A DNA stretch of 53,116 nt, counting the filler, from Jimgerdemannia flammicorona (taxonomy: Eukaryota): the NCBI GenBank assembly GCA_003990765.1. It is 2 parts of 2 records of this genome, joined end to end, with 100 filler letters (N's around TTAATTAATTAA, not from the genome) between each part and the next. Parts side by side here need not be neighbours in the genome. Positions count along the whole stretch, not along the records: positions 1 to 26,512 come from RBNJ01000722.1; 1 more part is not named here. One strand, 5' to 3'. This document shows positions 13,636-26,512 of this stretch, one piece after another; the stretch's first letter is position 1; every line of letters begins with the position of its first letter. The notes beneath the pieces are model-generated. The model saw nothing but the letters and a program-made list of their open reading frames with translations. It did not search any database and was not told the DNA's origin. Made by a program: the position numbers and the translations under genes.

Positions 13636-14830
13636 ATGGACAATATGAATGTAGATGGTGATGCTGCTGTCCCCACTGCTTCCTTTGCTAACTTGGTGAA
13701 GTTTGATGACCTGGCCATCTACTTGGCTGCCTCTTTCATTGAGGTCCCCATTACCTTCCATGCTGCTTACACCAGAGTACTCTATGCCCTTGAGGTAGCT
13801 ACCATACATGAGTGCTGCACTGCCTTCCTGCAGGCCCAACTTGCTGATTGGAAGTTTATCCCTTTCAAGAAGGTTGCTGCTACAATTGCCCTCCTTGTAG
13901 AGGAACAGCATGATACCACCCTTACTACTGCATCTGCAGAAGTCAAGTGCCATATCAAAGCCACAATTGAGGCTGCCATATCTGATCAAGATGCTACTGC
14001 TCAGCATGCTAAGGACTAGTGTTCTAAAATCAACAAAGGCATGGGGGTTTTCATGGAAGCACTTGCCTTTTTTGGGCTTTTAGCTGATACCACCCAAGGG
14101 GCTGACAAGTATATTGTCACTCTCACTACTACTAACTGGGTCAAGACAAACTTGTTTCTGCTCTGTGGTTTCGACATTGTCATATATCAATCTCACTGTC
14201 TTGCCACTGCTGCTACTGCTAAAGCCACCACTGCTGTAGTCTGCCCAACAGTCCCTATGTCCTCATCCCTTCAAGAGGGAATTGCTGCTACCACCTGCAA
14301 AGTTGTAGTTGAGGAGCTTGGGAAGTGCTCCAAAATTGCCACTCTGGGTGCCAAATTCACATTTTCTTCTGCTGCCACTGATTCTGCCCAGCCAAAAAAT
14401 AGTGTCCCCACTCTCTGATCAACTACTGCCATGCCTACAGTAGCTGCGGGAAAGGTTAAGGAGGTGAGTGCAACTTCAGCCTCCACTGTACTAAACTGTC
14501 ACAACTGTTCTGGATGCCTTGGTGTGTCTACAAAGACCCATTGGGGTCCTTGCCCCCAATCCCCTGCCTTATCAGAGGATTCTATAAAAGAGGTCAAGTG
14601 AGTATATAAGACTTCACCTTCTCCATCCATTTCTTCTACTTCTACCAGTATGAGCTGCTTGTCGACTTCGAGCCACTCCTCTAAGAGTGCCATCAGAGCA
14701 TTTGTGCCAGAGTGCAACAAGTGTACTGCCACCAAACATTATGTCATCTGGCACAATACAGGCAATGTCTGTCCTCTAGCATCAAATAATTAGAGGTCTC
14801 CAGCCCAGAAGTTATATATAACTTACTGGC
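13636..14830 (+). pseudogene. PLE ORF1, function unknown (Ala/Thr-rich, with a CxxC...H...C motif)
   Basis: MDNMNVDGDAA... and following fragments are conserved in the opposite arm (12286-12468, 11947-12174, 11671-11934); LNCHNCSGCLGVSTKTHWGPC at ~14490-14555. Confidence 0.6.
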
Positions 14831-14876
14831 AGCATAGTTTGGCCCTAATGTCTCCATTCTATATTGGGTAGCAGCC

Positions 14877-16790
14877 TTGATAACAATTCAGAATTTTCCC
14901 TTCATGTCTACTCTTCCTGGTTCCCATTTAAGTCAGTTTTTCATCTCTCAGTTTTGGATGTTTACCGAGAAGAGCTTTGTTACTAATATACCTCTATCTT
15001 GGCTTACTTCTGAGCTCACATATATGCTGAACTTTGGCCCTAAGTTTATTCTCCCTGGGTTGGCATCAATGAACAGTACTATTGATCTGATTTTGCTATT
15101 GTAATTTCAATAATGTCTCGACCTTGCCACCTTCTTGACCTCTATGGGTAATTCTGATGATATCCTGGAGATCGCTGCCTGGGTGCCATCCAAATAGCAA
15201 CTGCTGCACTATATGAAAATATGCAAATTATGCTTCATATGGCTGCTATGCTAAATCAAGCTGTCTAACCCTTAATGAATGTGTCTGGTATGCTTGTACT
15301 GAAGAAGTTCTGATGCCTTCTCAAAGATATCCATACTCATGATGACTTTACTGTCTGTCTTACTGACAAAAATCTGAGATTTGCTATACTTATGCATGCT
15401 CTATATCTTAACAGCCTTCAGTCTCTCCTTCATGATCCTGCATATGTGAACAATCTCTCTATAATTGATAATGTTAGAGAATTGGTGAAGTTAGAACTAT
15501 TGGATCTATTAGAGTTCTGTATTGATGACACAAGTTGAATTCCAGTCTGGAATCACCTCATGGAATTCAATGATAGTAAGTTACCTATGTTTCATGCTTT
15601 GCCCAAGATATACAAAGGTGCATGCATGGTATGGCGCCCTATCATTGGTGCAATTAAATCTCCCATGACCAAGATTTCATATTTTCTATCTCACTTTCTC
15701 CATCTTTGGTAGGCCCATCTGTGCTATAATATAGGTTACTCACATTACTCACCTCTATGTAACATACTTGAACTTTTACAATTAGTTTGATTGGATTATC
15801 TAGATATGTCAGCTTGCTCTCTCATCACTACTGGGGATTTTATAGTGTTCTACACCAGGATCATTAGATGAGTGCATTGACTGTCTTACCTTTTTGTCAA
15901 CTGTGGCCTTTCCCTCTGACTCTTTGCCACTTAAAGCTATTCTTGACCTTGTCCACATAGTTAAGACCCATATGATGTTTACATTCACCATCAGTTCCTT
16001 TTGCTCAGTGACTGGCATTGCTATGGTACCAATTGTGCTTTGGATCTTACCAATCTTGTTGACTTCACTCATGAGTTATGTACCTTGCAAGTACCCAACC
16101 ATCTGCTAAGTAAAGCTATTGTAGTCAGGCTAAAGTTCTGCTAGTTTATTGATAGCTTGATCATCTTTACACCATGAAGATGGACTTGGCCTCGATTTTT
16201 AGTGCCATATATCCCCCACAACATCATATCGAATGTGAAGTCTTGTCTGCTGGACCATGCCATTACTTGAACTTGGAAATCCAAGTCACACCATTATGTA
16301 CAGGCTGTTTTACCAAATTCCTGCATAGTATACAGTTTGTCAATTGGTTGAGTAATTACCCTAGAAAGATACAATGTCTATGTATTGTGAATGAGGCCTG
16401 CTGTCTATCGCTACTCTGCTTATTTCACTATGATTGGCCTGATGAGTGTTGGTCTTTGGCTAAATTCCTAATTCATAGGAAAGGATACCCTATTGATGTC
16501 GTAGCCACTCAATTGAGTTTGGTTGATTAGCTTGAGGTTCAAACTTCACTTTAAATCTCTCTCCTTCTTTCCCACTCCCCAATACCCCACTCTGCTTTTC
16601 CACCCCTACTACTTATTGTCTAATATGATATGGCCTGATGGCTATATCAACAATCTGACAAGACTCTATATATAGCTTTACTTCACTTTGGTTTCCCTGA
16701 GACTGCTTGCCAACCTATCATTGCCTAGAAGAATGGTTTTACTATTCTTAATACTGTCTCAAATACCAGTTTCACTCTAAGTCCTCCATG
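14877..16790 (+). pseudogene. PLE reverse transcriptase, no GIY-YIG endonuclease evident
   Basis: LNFGPKF, TDKNL, FHALPKIYK...WRPIIG, TGDF..FY, GIAM, degenerate FIDD motif (~16140-16160), HYLNLEI, SNYP...KGYP; frame ends shortly after the thumb region. Confidence 0.85.
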
Positions 16791-17542
16791 AGACAGCACC
16801 ACCTTATGTGTGATACAATGTTTAAAAACATGAAAAATTGCTAGACAACCTCTGGTACAAGGCTCTAGGCCTGACTCCTATGTACCTATGCTCTATGATG
16901 CCTGTCTACCTCTGCTTGCTTTGCTCACTCTAGTGCCAAGGCTCTACTCTGCTTCTGTCATAAGAGTCTAGGCCTAACACCTGTGCCTTTGGGTGCCAAT
17001 AATTTTTAGGGTTTTAAATGTATAAATGATATTCACATGATGACACATGATCATCATTGGTCTAGTTCCATTTTTGGTATTTGTTTATATATGTATAATA
17101 TTTCATCAGATGACCAGCACCTTTTTCTGATCATTTCTATATCAGGTTTTTAATGGCCTGTCATGTGTGTAGATTGATGATACCTGATTCAGACTTTGTT
17201 TGAATCAGAGCAAGGTCTGGATACTTATACACTATCCTGATTCTGGAATTTCGGGGTTAGATGTTTTCTAATTTGAATAAAGACCATCATATATTATAGT
17301 GCTATGGGTGGGTTGCAGATCAATTATATCTTGCTTTGGAAAATCCTTTATTCTGCCTCTTGCTCTATTGTGAAAATTCACATTAACTGATTGTTTCCTA
17401 TTGCTTGACTTTTACCACTGACCTTCATATCTGCCATATCAGTATTACATCTCACTAAAACCTTTTCCTCTATTGTCTACTCATTTAATAATAAAAAAAA
17501 ATAAAAAATAAAAAAAATAAAAAAAAAATAAAAAATAAAAAT

Positions 17543-18480
17543 ATAGAAGCTGCAAACAATATACCAATATTGGCTCAATCTCAGAACACAAGTCCAAGAC
17601 ATCCTCAAGAGATGTCACACCTGCCAGAAGTACTAAGGAAGGAAGAACCATCAGGCACCTTTAAAACCAATCAAACCACCAGACAACATCTTTCAGAGAT
17701 GGAGAGTAGATGTAATTGGACCTCTACCAGTTACACCAAGAAGAAATAAGTATATCCTTATATTTGTAGAACATCTGACTAAGTGGCCTGAGACTTTCCC
17801 AATGGAAATTACAGATGCCTTAACCATTGTAGGCCTTCTCCATAGACTCACTCTCAGATATGAACCCCCAGAAGACCTCATGTCCGACTGAGGCACAGAG
17901 TTCATCAACACCATAATCACAAGTTATACCTGAATTCACAAAATCCACCTCAAATAGACCACATCATACCACCTCCAGACCAATGGCATGACAGAAAGAA
18001 TGAATCAAACCATCAAGAAAGGACTTACTTGAGTCAATCCTACTAACTGGGACCTCTAATTACCTGAGATCCTATGGGAAATTCAGAACACTCCTGCTGC
18101 CTCCACCAAATAAAAGCCATTCGAAATGATATTTGCCAAGAGAACCAGAACTGCTGACTATGAGAATCTCAGAGACCTTCTTAAGAAGGCAGAGCAGTTA
18201 CATAATCAGTTCTAAGTTCAGATTATCAAAAGACAAAAGAAGTAATATAACCAGAAGTGGAAGAATCAGGAGAAATCAAGATTGGAGATCAAGTACTAGT
18301 TTGGAGAAGCATGATTGAAATGAATTTTGCCACCAAACTGGAGCCCAAATAGGAAGAACCTTATCTTGTACACAATATCAGAGGAACCAGCATATATTTA
18401 AGAAGCATGGATGGATGAACCCTGAGGATCCCAGTACACATCAATCATCTCAAGAAATACCTCTCTCCAGACTATGAATC
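17543..18480 (+). pseudogene. Integrase of Gypsy-1 (right of the PLE insertion)
   Basis: YWLNLRTQVQDILKRCHTCQK, FQRWRVDVIGPLP, LTKWPE, SD*GTEF, TNGMTERMNQTIK, KLEPK*EEPY. Confidence 0.9.
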
Positions 18481-19017
18481 AGAGAATTGACTACCACCTT
18501 CAGACTCTTGTCCTTAGCTCATTTTAATCACTACTGTTCTCCTATCTCAATTCTGAGAAATCAATGGGAATACCCTCAAGATAATTCAGATTCATCAAGA
18601 GAATCTTATCCTGGCCAGACAATTGTTACAGGTCCATCAACCTCAGGCCCATTATGCAATTAGAGAACAATTACAGAATCTCCCAGCCCCACTTTAGTAA
18701 TACTACAGGACTATCAAGGAGTGATGTCACCACTGCAGACAGGCTCAACACTCTTTGTAAATGAAACCATGCAGCCCTGATACAGACACAATTCTTCTAG
18801 TATGATGTATGAGGAATAAACCTAGCCATCTATCTGAGCATCATCAATATTGTCAAAATCCTGTTTACAGAAGAAGATGGTAAACCCCTGGAATGGAGTA
18901 ACCATGATACAGAAAGTGAAGTTGATGGAACAGGTATTGATGCAGAAGATGCTTATCTATATTGGAATGATGACTAAAGGACAGTCTGAGGACAGACCAT
19001 CCTTTAGTGGGAGCTGA

Positions 19018-20195
19018 TGTGATAAGCCAAAATGTACCACTCAAATTATAACTTAGTCAGATGACATGAATACATAGCATAGTAACACAGTAACCGTTGC
19101 TGCAGAAAACTGTATAAATAGCCAGACTACCAGAAAAGATATACCTGTGCAGGACCTGCACACCTGTGCCAGATCTGTACACTTGTGCTGGACCTGTACA
19201 ACTTGTCATAAATAGCAAATCTACAGTTAGCAATGTAGTAACCAGTAGCAACCATAACTGTATAAAATACCCCAGAGACAAGAGTGAAGAAACCTCTGTC
19301 CAAATTGAATCCAAAGCAAAAGTCAAGTCTGCCTACCACACTTTGAGAGGAACTCTACAGCTACTGCTAGGAGATTGTGAGCAAAGCATTCCTTTCTACT
19401 CTGGTCCACTTTTCAATACAAAGAAGAGTTTGTTATGTTTTTGGTTCACTTGTCAGATAAGCCTGAAGAATTCAAGCTATCTGCTAAGTTCAAGAAAGAA
19501 CTTCACCGCATTCCCAGAGAGTCTTAAGGAACATCTGAGTTATTGAATTATCCACTCTCTGAGTTATCTGAATATCTGCCACTCAAGTTATTCATCTGTT
19601 CCCAGTGAGCCCAATTCAGGAGAATCTGTGCCATCCACTATTCTCAAAAGAACTGCTGAGATATTATTCCCAGAAGCCTGCCAATTCAGGAAGAATCCAC
19701 TGCCAGTATAATTCCCAGTGAGCCATCTCAGGAAGAATCTGTGCCATCCTCTATTCCCAGTAAGCCTGATTTAAGAGAATCCATGCCAAATTGAGTTATC
19801 CACCAAATTCACATAAAGAACCCACCACATCATACAGAGATCATCGTGCTACCTAAGATCATCATGCAGAAATTACATACCTCTGGAGATCGCCACCCAA
19901 GAAGGAAACTGCTAAATTACCAGACTGCTTCGCATAAGGAAACTGCTAAATTGCCAGGTCATCACACATAAGGAGATTGTTGCACTAAACCAAATCATCC
20001 ACCACATACACAAATCACTGCTACATCCAAGAACTCATCCCAATAAGGAAATCACTCACAGATATCCAGCTTTGACTATTATACCACTAAACACTACAAA
20101 CATTTTGTTGCTTTTAACAAAGTAACTGGGGGCTCAAGCCAAACTATGTCAACCCCCAACCTTGTAATTTGCCTCTATTGGACCAGGCACATTAC
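19018..20195 (+). repeat. Putative 3' LTR of Gypsy-1 with internal imperfect tandem repeats (~19600-19780)
   Basis: Purine-rich tract (tttagtgggagctga) then TGT at 19018, TATAAA at ~19261 and an end at ...TTACA 20195. The partner LTR is outside the window, so boundaries are unconfirmed. Confidence 0.55.
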
Positions 20196-20319
20196 ACTAT
20201 ATAACTGTATTCTGACTTATCAGTCAGTTGATCTATTAATATATCAGTTTATAATTTATATTATATGACTAAATTCTGATATATTAAGTACTAAAGTGTT
20301 AGTCCATATTTAGCCTAGT

Positions 20320-21109
20320 TTTTTTTTTTATTTTTATTTTTATTTTTTTTTATAGTTACTTGGACTTCTTTATCACTAACAGATTCTATAAAACAATATA
20401 TAATTCATGGTTCCATCAACCACAATATCCCAACCCACTATCTAATTTCCTGAGAGGAACCCCCCCCTACACTTGTATAATTAAATATTACTGTATTATT
20501 TCGCACTACAATACTCTCCCTACTCTGCCCACATATCTTCTCTACTAGTCAGTGATAACAACCTCTCTGCAGACCCAATCCCAGCCACCAACATATCAAG
20601 ATATCCCCCATTAACCCTTCTCATCTCATTAATTGCTCACCCAAACTTAACTACCACCTCACCACAAAAATAAACAACTAGTAACTAGCCAATCCCATCT
20701 ATATAGCCAAAACCCACCCAATAGTGAGTCATCTATTCTCAACCCCACTCACCAATCTATCTCTCAAATCCTCTCAGTGATCCCTCTCATCATCTCTCCT
20801 CCTCACAATATCCAATCTATCTCCAATTGCTAACCAAAAGTCTCTAAGTATCTTACACTCTCTCAGTCAATATTTTGGTATCTGTACAAACCCTCCCTTC
20901 TGCCCTATATTATAGTACTCCTAATATTCAAATTGTCTGCCTTCTACAAGGTGGCCTTAATGAAAGTTGAGCACAATATTTCTCCTCAGTAAGTACCACC
21001 ACACTACCAAGAACTTAGGTGACAGCCAGTACTATATCTCAGCACTCTAGGACCAGACTCCATCTCTGTCCCACCCTTCACCAATACATGTTGTCTGTCA
21101 GCCACTAGG
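20320..21109 (-). mobile_element. 5'-truncated non-LTR retrotransposon (LINE) 3' end inserted in an older LTR-like sequence
   Basis: A-rich tail read as a T-run at 20320-20351; 16-bp TSD CCATATTTAGCCTAGT at 20304-20319 and 21110-21125; decayed Trp-rich zf-RVT-like text (LSPKFLVVWWYLLRRNI). Confidence 0.8.
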
Positions 21110-21856
21110 CCATATTTAGCCTAGTCTAGATAGTTCCTCAGTAGTATAAATATCCCCTCTCTCAGATCTCTGAAATGAGACAAGAATATAGATAACTTGA
21201 GTATAAATAATCTTTTATACAAATATTCCTTTATATACTACTCTAGTAATGGTCAATAGTCATATCATAAACAGTGAATAAATCTATTTTATAATATATA
21301 AACTACTCTTAAATAAATCTGTACTATATTAGGTCTCACTTCTATCTGGATTTAGAAATTTTCTAATTTGATATTATCTGCAGTAATATGCCAATTCTAC
21401 TAAGCTGCTCTTAGTTTCTTGAACTTCTTAAAATAACAGAAATCCTAAATATCTAAAATAAGTCTAGAAAGGAACTTTGATTGAAACATCAATTTAATCT
21501 TGAAATTAATAATTATTGTAGATATACTCTATATGAAATTAATTTAGATCTAAAGAAAATAGTCTTCTAAAATATCCAGAACTTTTAGAAATCTCTTATA
21601 GAACTTATAATAATATATTAACGAAGTAATATCTTATGTAATCAGATTTTGTGATCTGTATGATATTTTTTCAATTGGGTTTATATATCTACAGAAAATC
21701 AGACAAAGATTATGACTATATATTCACCTCAGAAAGTCTAGTTTCAATATACTTTTCTTTATAAACTACTAAGATGTTTGGTTAGATAAATCTATTATTA
21801 TTATATTAAAAGATCACATACCAACAACTGGTATAAGTTCAAGAAATTACATTAAG

Positions 21857-22321
21857 TGTAACAATTTCACTGTCATATTTAGTCTTAGTACATTTTTGCA
21901 TCTTTTAGTTAGTCTTTTATTGTTATTTCTTGAACATTATACTATGTTCTATCACCTTCTACTTGCTTAGAAACCTTCTCTCAGTGTCCAGACACCACTA
22001 GAATATTCTTGTCTTTTCTTAGTACTATGCACCTTGTCTTAGCTAGTCATGGAACCTATTGGAACATTGTAGAATAGTATTAGTCAGCTTTGCTAAGAAC
22101 CTATTTCTTGGCATTTCTCTTTCTTTCCAAGATCCTTCCAGATCTTTCTTTCAGATCATGTATAAATATTCTTGTTCTCTACCAAAATAAAAGCTCAGAA
22201 TATTTTCTCTCAGAAATCCTTCAAGAACACTTTAACCTTTAAGTATCTCTTTGAGCTACTTTAGGCCAACTAGAACTTCCAGATTTAGTCACTTTCTCTT
22301 AAAGAAACTAGAACTGTTACA
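21857..22321 (+). repeat. 5' LTR of Gypsy-2
   Basis: TG...CA ends, TATAAATA at ~22161, followed by a tRNA-iMet-type PBS; homologous to 36666-37125. Confidence 0.85.
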
Positions 22322-23388
22322 CTGGTAGCAGCAGTGTCATTATACCTTGCCTTATTAAGAAACCTCACACAAATTTGATAACCAGTCACAACTAGTCACA
22401 CAAATCCAAAATGAGCCAAAAAGAGACAGTCTACCAGCCAGACCCCTCTGCTGCAGAAGAAGCAGGAGGATCGCAGCTCAACATAGAAGATATGATCAAT
22501 GCTATGGCCTACCAAATTCAAGAACTGCAAGCACAACTAGAACAGCAGAAAACACATACTACAGGTACATCACATCCTACCATAGCACTAGTCAGTTTCA
22601 AGCCACTCAAGCCAGATACCTTCAATGGCCATTGAGGAGGACTATCTATAGATGTATGGACCTTTGAGTTGGACCAATACTTCGAGCTCACAAGAATGGA
22701 AGATGACATGCAAGTCCAATTTGCCACCACACTCCTCTGAGGAAATGCAGCCATCTGGTAGCGCAACCATATTATGGTTACATCTGTACACTCATATGTA
22801 TGAATCAGAGATTGGGAAGCTTTCAAGAGAGCCCTTCACAAGCAGTTCAAGCCTGCTAATGCCACCAAGCTAGCCAGGGACAAGCTAGTGAACATCAAGC
22901 AACTCAAGTCTATGCAAAGCTACAATGTACAATTTTTGTCAATCCTACTTGAGCTACCAGTGGTATCTGAGGATAAAAAGATAGACTGCTATGTCTGAGG
23001 TCTGAAGGGAAACACACAAGTCAAGGTTGAGCTAGAGGAGCCCAAGACTCTTGATGAAGCCATGAGAATCGTCAATAGATTTGATATCATCACCTTTGGC
23101 AACTGCTTCGAACCAGAATACCACAAGAAGAACCACTTCAAGAACTGCCACAGAAACCAACCAAGAACAGTTGGCCTGACACCAATGGACTTAGACACTA
23201 TGAACAAAAAGAACACCAAGCTTACCCCTGAAGAAAAGGACTGCCTGAAGAAATCCAGAGCCTGTTTCTTCTGTTGCCAAACAGTACACATTGCAACCAA
23301 ATGTCCTAGGAAGACAAGTGAACTCTCAAGACCAGTCACCATGTTGGCCAAGGACACACCTGTCAATCTCACCACCAGTCAACTTGAG

Positions 23389-23796
23389 CTCAAGATCAAG
23401 AAGCTTCATCTGAAGGCCCAGGTCCCTCAACATCAAACAGAAGGAGCCATTGGTCTTGACCTACACTCAGTCAAACAAGTCACTATTCCAGTCAAGGGCT
23501 GCACTCTGGTGCCTACTGGAATTGCAGTTCAATGCCTTGAAGGACATTATGCTAGAATTGCACTGTGATCAGGACTCAGTGTCAAACATCATTTAGATGT
23601 AGGCACTGGTATCATTGACCCAGACTTTCGAGGACAAGTTCAAGTCTTGCTTGTCAACCAGAAGGATCAAGACTACACAGTTAAAGAAGGAGACTGAGTC
23701 GCACAAATGATCCTAGAAAAAGCCAGTCAACTCAAGATTACAGAATTCCAAGAACTCTCTGAAACCAAATGAGATCAAAAGGGTTTCGGCAGCACT
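23389..23796 (+). pseudogene. dUTPase domain of Gypsy-2, between the gag zinc knuckle and the protease
   Basis: AIGLDL, LVPTGIAV, ARIAL*SGLS, GIIDPDFRGQVQVLL, GD*VAQMI, KGFGST. Confidence 0.93.
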
Positions 23797-26512
23797 GATC
23801 AAGCAGCAAGTCTTAGTGAAAATCGAGCTCAAGCTATGCTCATTTTCAAAGGCCTAATCAAAGGAAAAGAAGTTCAAGTACTCATGGACAGCAGAGCTAC
23901 AGAGAACTTCATCAACCAGAATCTCATTGAAAGCCTCAAGATCCTCACCAAGCCTGCACCCAAGAACAATAGTATAGTCACTACAGATGGTACTCTGTAC
24001 CCTATTGAGTCAATTGCCACCAAACTACCCATCAAGATCCAGAAATATTGGGACTGAGTAAACTTTGAGGTTGCACTACTATGATGTCATAACTTGATCT
24101 TAGGAAAACCCTGGCTTATGAAATATAACCCAGACATCGATTGGTGTAAGAATGAAGTTACCTTACTTCAAGATGGAGCCAACATTATGATCAAGACAGA
24201 CAAGACCACAAACAAGACCCAGATTGCAACACTGTCAGCTATACAGTACAAGAAAGCACTCAAGAAGGCAATGCATACCTTTGTCATAATGATCCACCCC
24301 AAGAAATAAGACAAGAGACTATCAGTCAATGAAAGTGTCAAGCTACTGCTAGAAAAATTCAAGGATGTCTTTCCAGACAAGCTACCTGGTCTACCACCTA
24401 TACAAGAAGTTGATCATAAAATCAAACTGTCCTCAGGAGCTGTATCACCCAAGAAATATATGTACCACATATTGCCACTTGAAATTGAATGAGATAAGAA
24501 GAAACTAGAAGAACTACTTGTATGAGGAGCCATCCAGCCAAGCAAATCTCCTTATGGCTCACCAGTCTTATTCGTCAAGAAGAAGGATGGTAACTTACGA
24601 GAAGGAACTACTAGCAATAATATATGCACTAGACCACTGGTGATGCTATCTAGAAGGTATTGAGTTTGATGTCATTACTGATCATCAATCCCTCAAGTAC
24701 ATCAACACCCAACCCACTCTATCATATCTACAAGCCAAGTGGAGTCTCAAGCTTCAAACCTTCAACCTGATGATCATCTACAAGCCTGGCAAGACACTTG
24801 TAGTACCAGATGCCTTATTAAGACACCCAGACCTTGCCACAATCATACAAGTCACCTTGGCATCAAAATTCTTAGACCAAAACAGGCAAGCTTACAAAGA
24901 AGACACAGTTGCCACTAGAGTTTTCTCGAATGAACTCAAGGATACATATGCTGTTGAGAACAACCTGATCTATTATCAAGATCAAGTCTATCTATCTGAA
25001 AATATGAATCTATGCTACAAGGTTTTGCAAGAACATCATGACTCCCCTCTTACTGGTCACCTGGGAATTGAGAAGACTGTCAAGAATATCCAATGCCACT
25101 ACTATTGGCCAAACATGGTCAAGAAAATCAAGAACTATGTTGCCAGCTGTGATCTATGTCAGTGCAACAAGTCTACCAACCAAGCACCTGCCGGTTTGCT
25201 ATAACTACTGCCAATTCCTACTAAGAAGTTCGAGCAAGTCACCATGGACTTTGTAACTCAACTACCACAAACTCAATCTGGTGCTAATGCTATCATCATA
25301 TTTGTTGACTGCCTGACTAAGACTATGGTTGCTGAACCAACCACTACCAATGCTACTGCACCTGAGATGGCAAGAATCTTCTTCAAGTTCATCTTCCATC
25401 ACTATAGTCTACTACAAGTAATTGTCAGTGATTGTGACTCCAAGTTCACTAGCCACTTCTAGCAAACCCTCTTCAAGACTCTGGGAACCCAACTGGCTAT
25501 GTCTACTGCCTTTCACCCACAAACTAATGGACAAACTGAGCACATGAACAGAACTCTAGAACAAATATTTAGAAACTATGTTTCTTGTGAGCCAGATGAT
25601 TGGGACATCTACCTGACTTATGCAGAGTTTGCATATAACAATACCATCCAATCATCTACTGGTCTTTCCCCTTTTCGGTTACTCTATGGTCAAGATCCCG
25701 AGACCCCTGCAAGTCTATTCCCTTTCATGAAAACCAGTCAAATACAAGTCCCAACCACCAAGAATCTTACAGACAAAATGGACAAACTACTCAAGATTGC
25801 TACCATGAATCTCCAGAAGGCTCAACAGCATCAAGCCAAGAAATGCCATGATGTCACTTACACTGTTGGAGATCAAGTCCTACTGTCTACTGAGAACCTC
25901 AAGATACAATCTCAAGTCAACTGCCCTTCAAAAAAGTTCCAATCCAAGTAGATTGGACCTTTCGAGATCACAGAACAAGTCTCTGCATCCTCCTACCATC
26001 TCAAGCTACCTGAGAGTACACTCAGTTTTTCATGTGTCACATCTCAAGACCTGGAACCAGTCACCACCCTACCCTGGTTGAATTCCTAAGCCTTCTGCCC
26101 CTGTGATTATTAAAGACCATATTGAGTATAAAGCTGAGAAAATCCTTAACAAATGAATCTGCTACTGCCACCCTGAATACCTAGTCAAGTGGATGGGTTA
26201 TCCTGAATATGATGCTACCTGGGAACCACTGGTCAACCTCAAGAACTCTCAAGATCTAGTTCAAGACTTCGAGGCAAAACACATTGCCCAATCCCTGTAG
26301 TGACTTCCTTGGATTGTCGATGACTGATGGCAATGACCAGTGCCTTATGCATCAGAAGTTTATTTTGGGACCCTAGACCCAGCAGAACATTTAATGAACA
26401 AGAAGTCCATCAAAATGAAGCTTCTAGCTGGGTTCGAACCCCTCCCAGTTGGTTAGTCTGGTAATAGGCCCTCTGCCCTATATTAGAATGGCCAATCCTT
26501 TTTTTTTTTTTT

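Larger units (their letters stand above)
13121..17541 (+). mobile_element. Penelope-like element, endonuclease-deficient, plus-strand arm (inverted relative of 3464-13120)
   Basis: Direct terminal repeats ~13121-13626 and ~17015-17492; ORF1 then RT; A-rich tail 17488-17541. Reverse complement of the left arm along its length. Confidence 0.87.
1..20195 (+). mobile_element. Decayed Ty3/Gypsy LTR retrotransposon (Gypsy-1): dUTPase-RT-RNaseH-integrase-extra ORF-3' LTR, split by a 14-kb insertion at 3464-17541; 5' part lies outside the window
   Basis: Domain order dUTPase (1147-1545), RT (SPWARPIVIIPKKGGWRICIDYRKLN, ~2215-2300), RNase H (FILYTDASKDGL, 2896-3354), then integrase resuming after the insertion (CHTCQK; RVDVIGPLP; YHLQTNGMTERMN). 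Many stops and frameshifts. Confidence 0.9.
21857..26512 (+). mobile_element. Decayed chromovirus-type Ty3/Gypsy (Gypsy-2): LTR-PBS-gag-dUTPase-protease-(RT largely deleted)-RNase H remnant-integrase-chromodomain; runs into the gap
   Basis: 5' LTR 21857-22321 (TGTAA...TTACA), PBS TGGTAGC at 22323, gag KPDTFNG and knuckle CFFCCQTVHIATKC, protease LMDSRATENF, integrase HHDSPLTGHLG...CDLCQ and STAFHPQTNGQTE, chromodomain EYLVKWMGYPEYDATWEP. Confidence 0.93.

Noticed and set aside
3464..17541. DNA transposon or Polinton with long TIRs
   Set aside because: The inverted symmetry covers the whole insert and each arm encodes an RT; there is no transposase or DNA polymerase.
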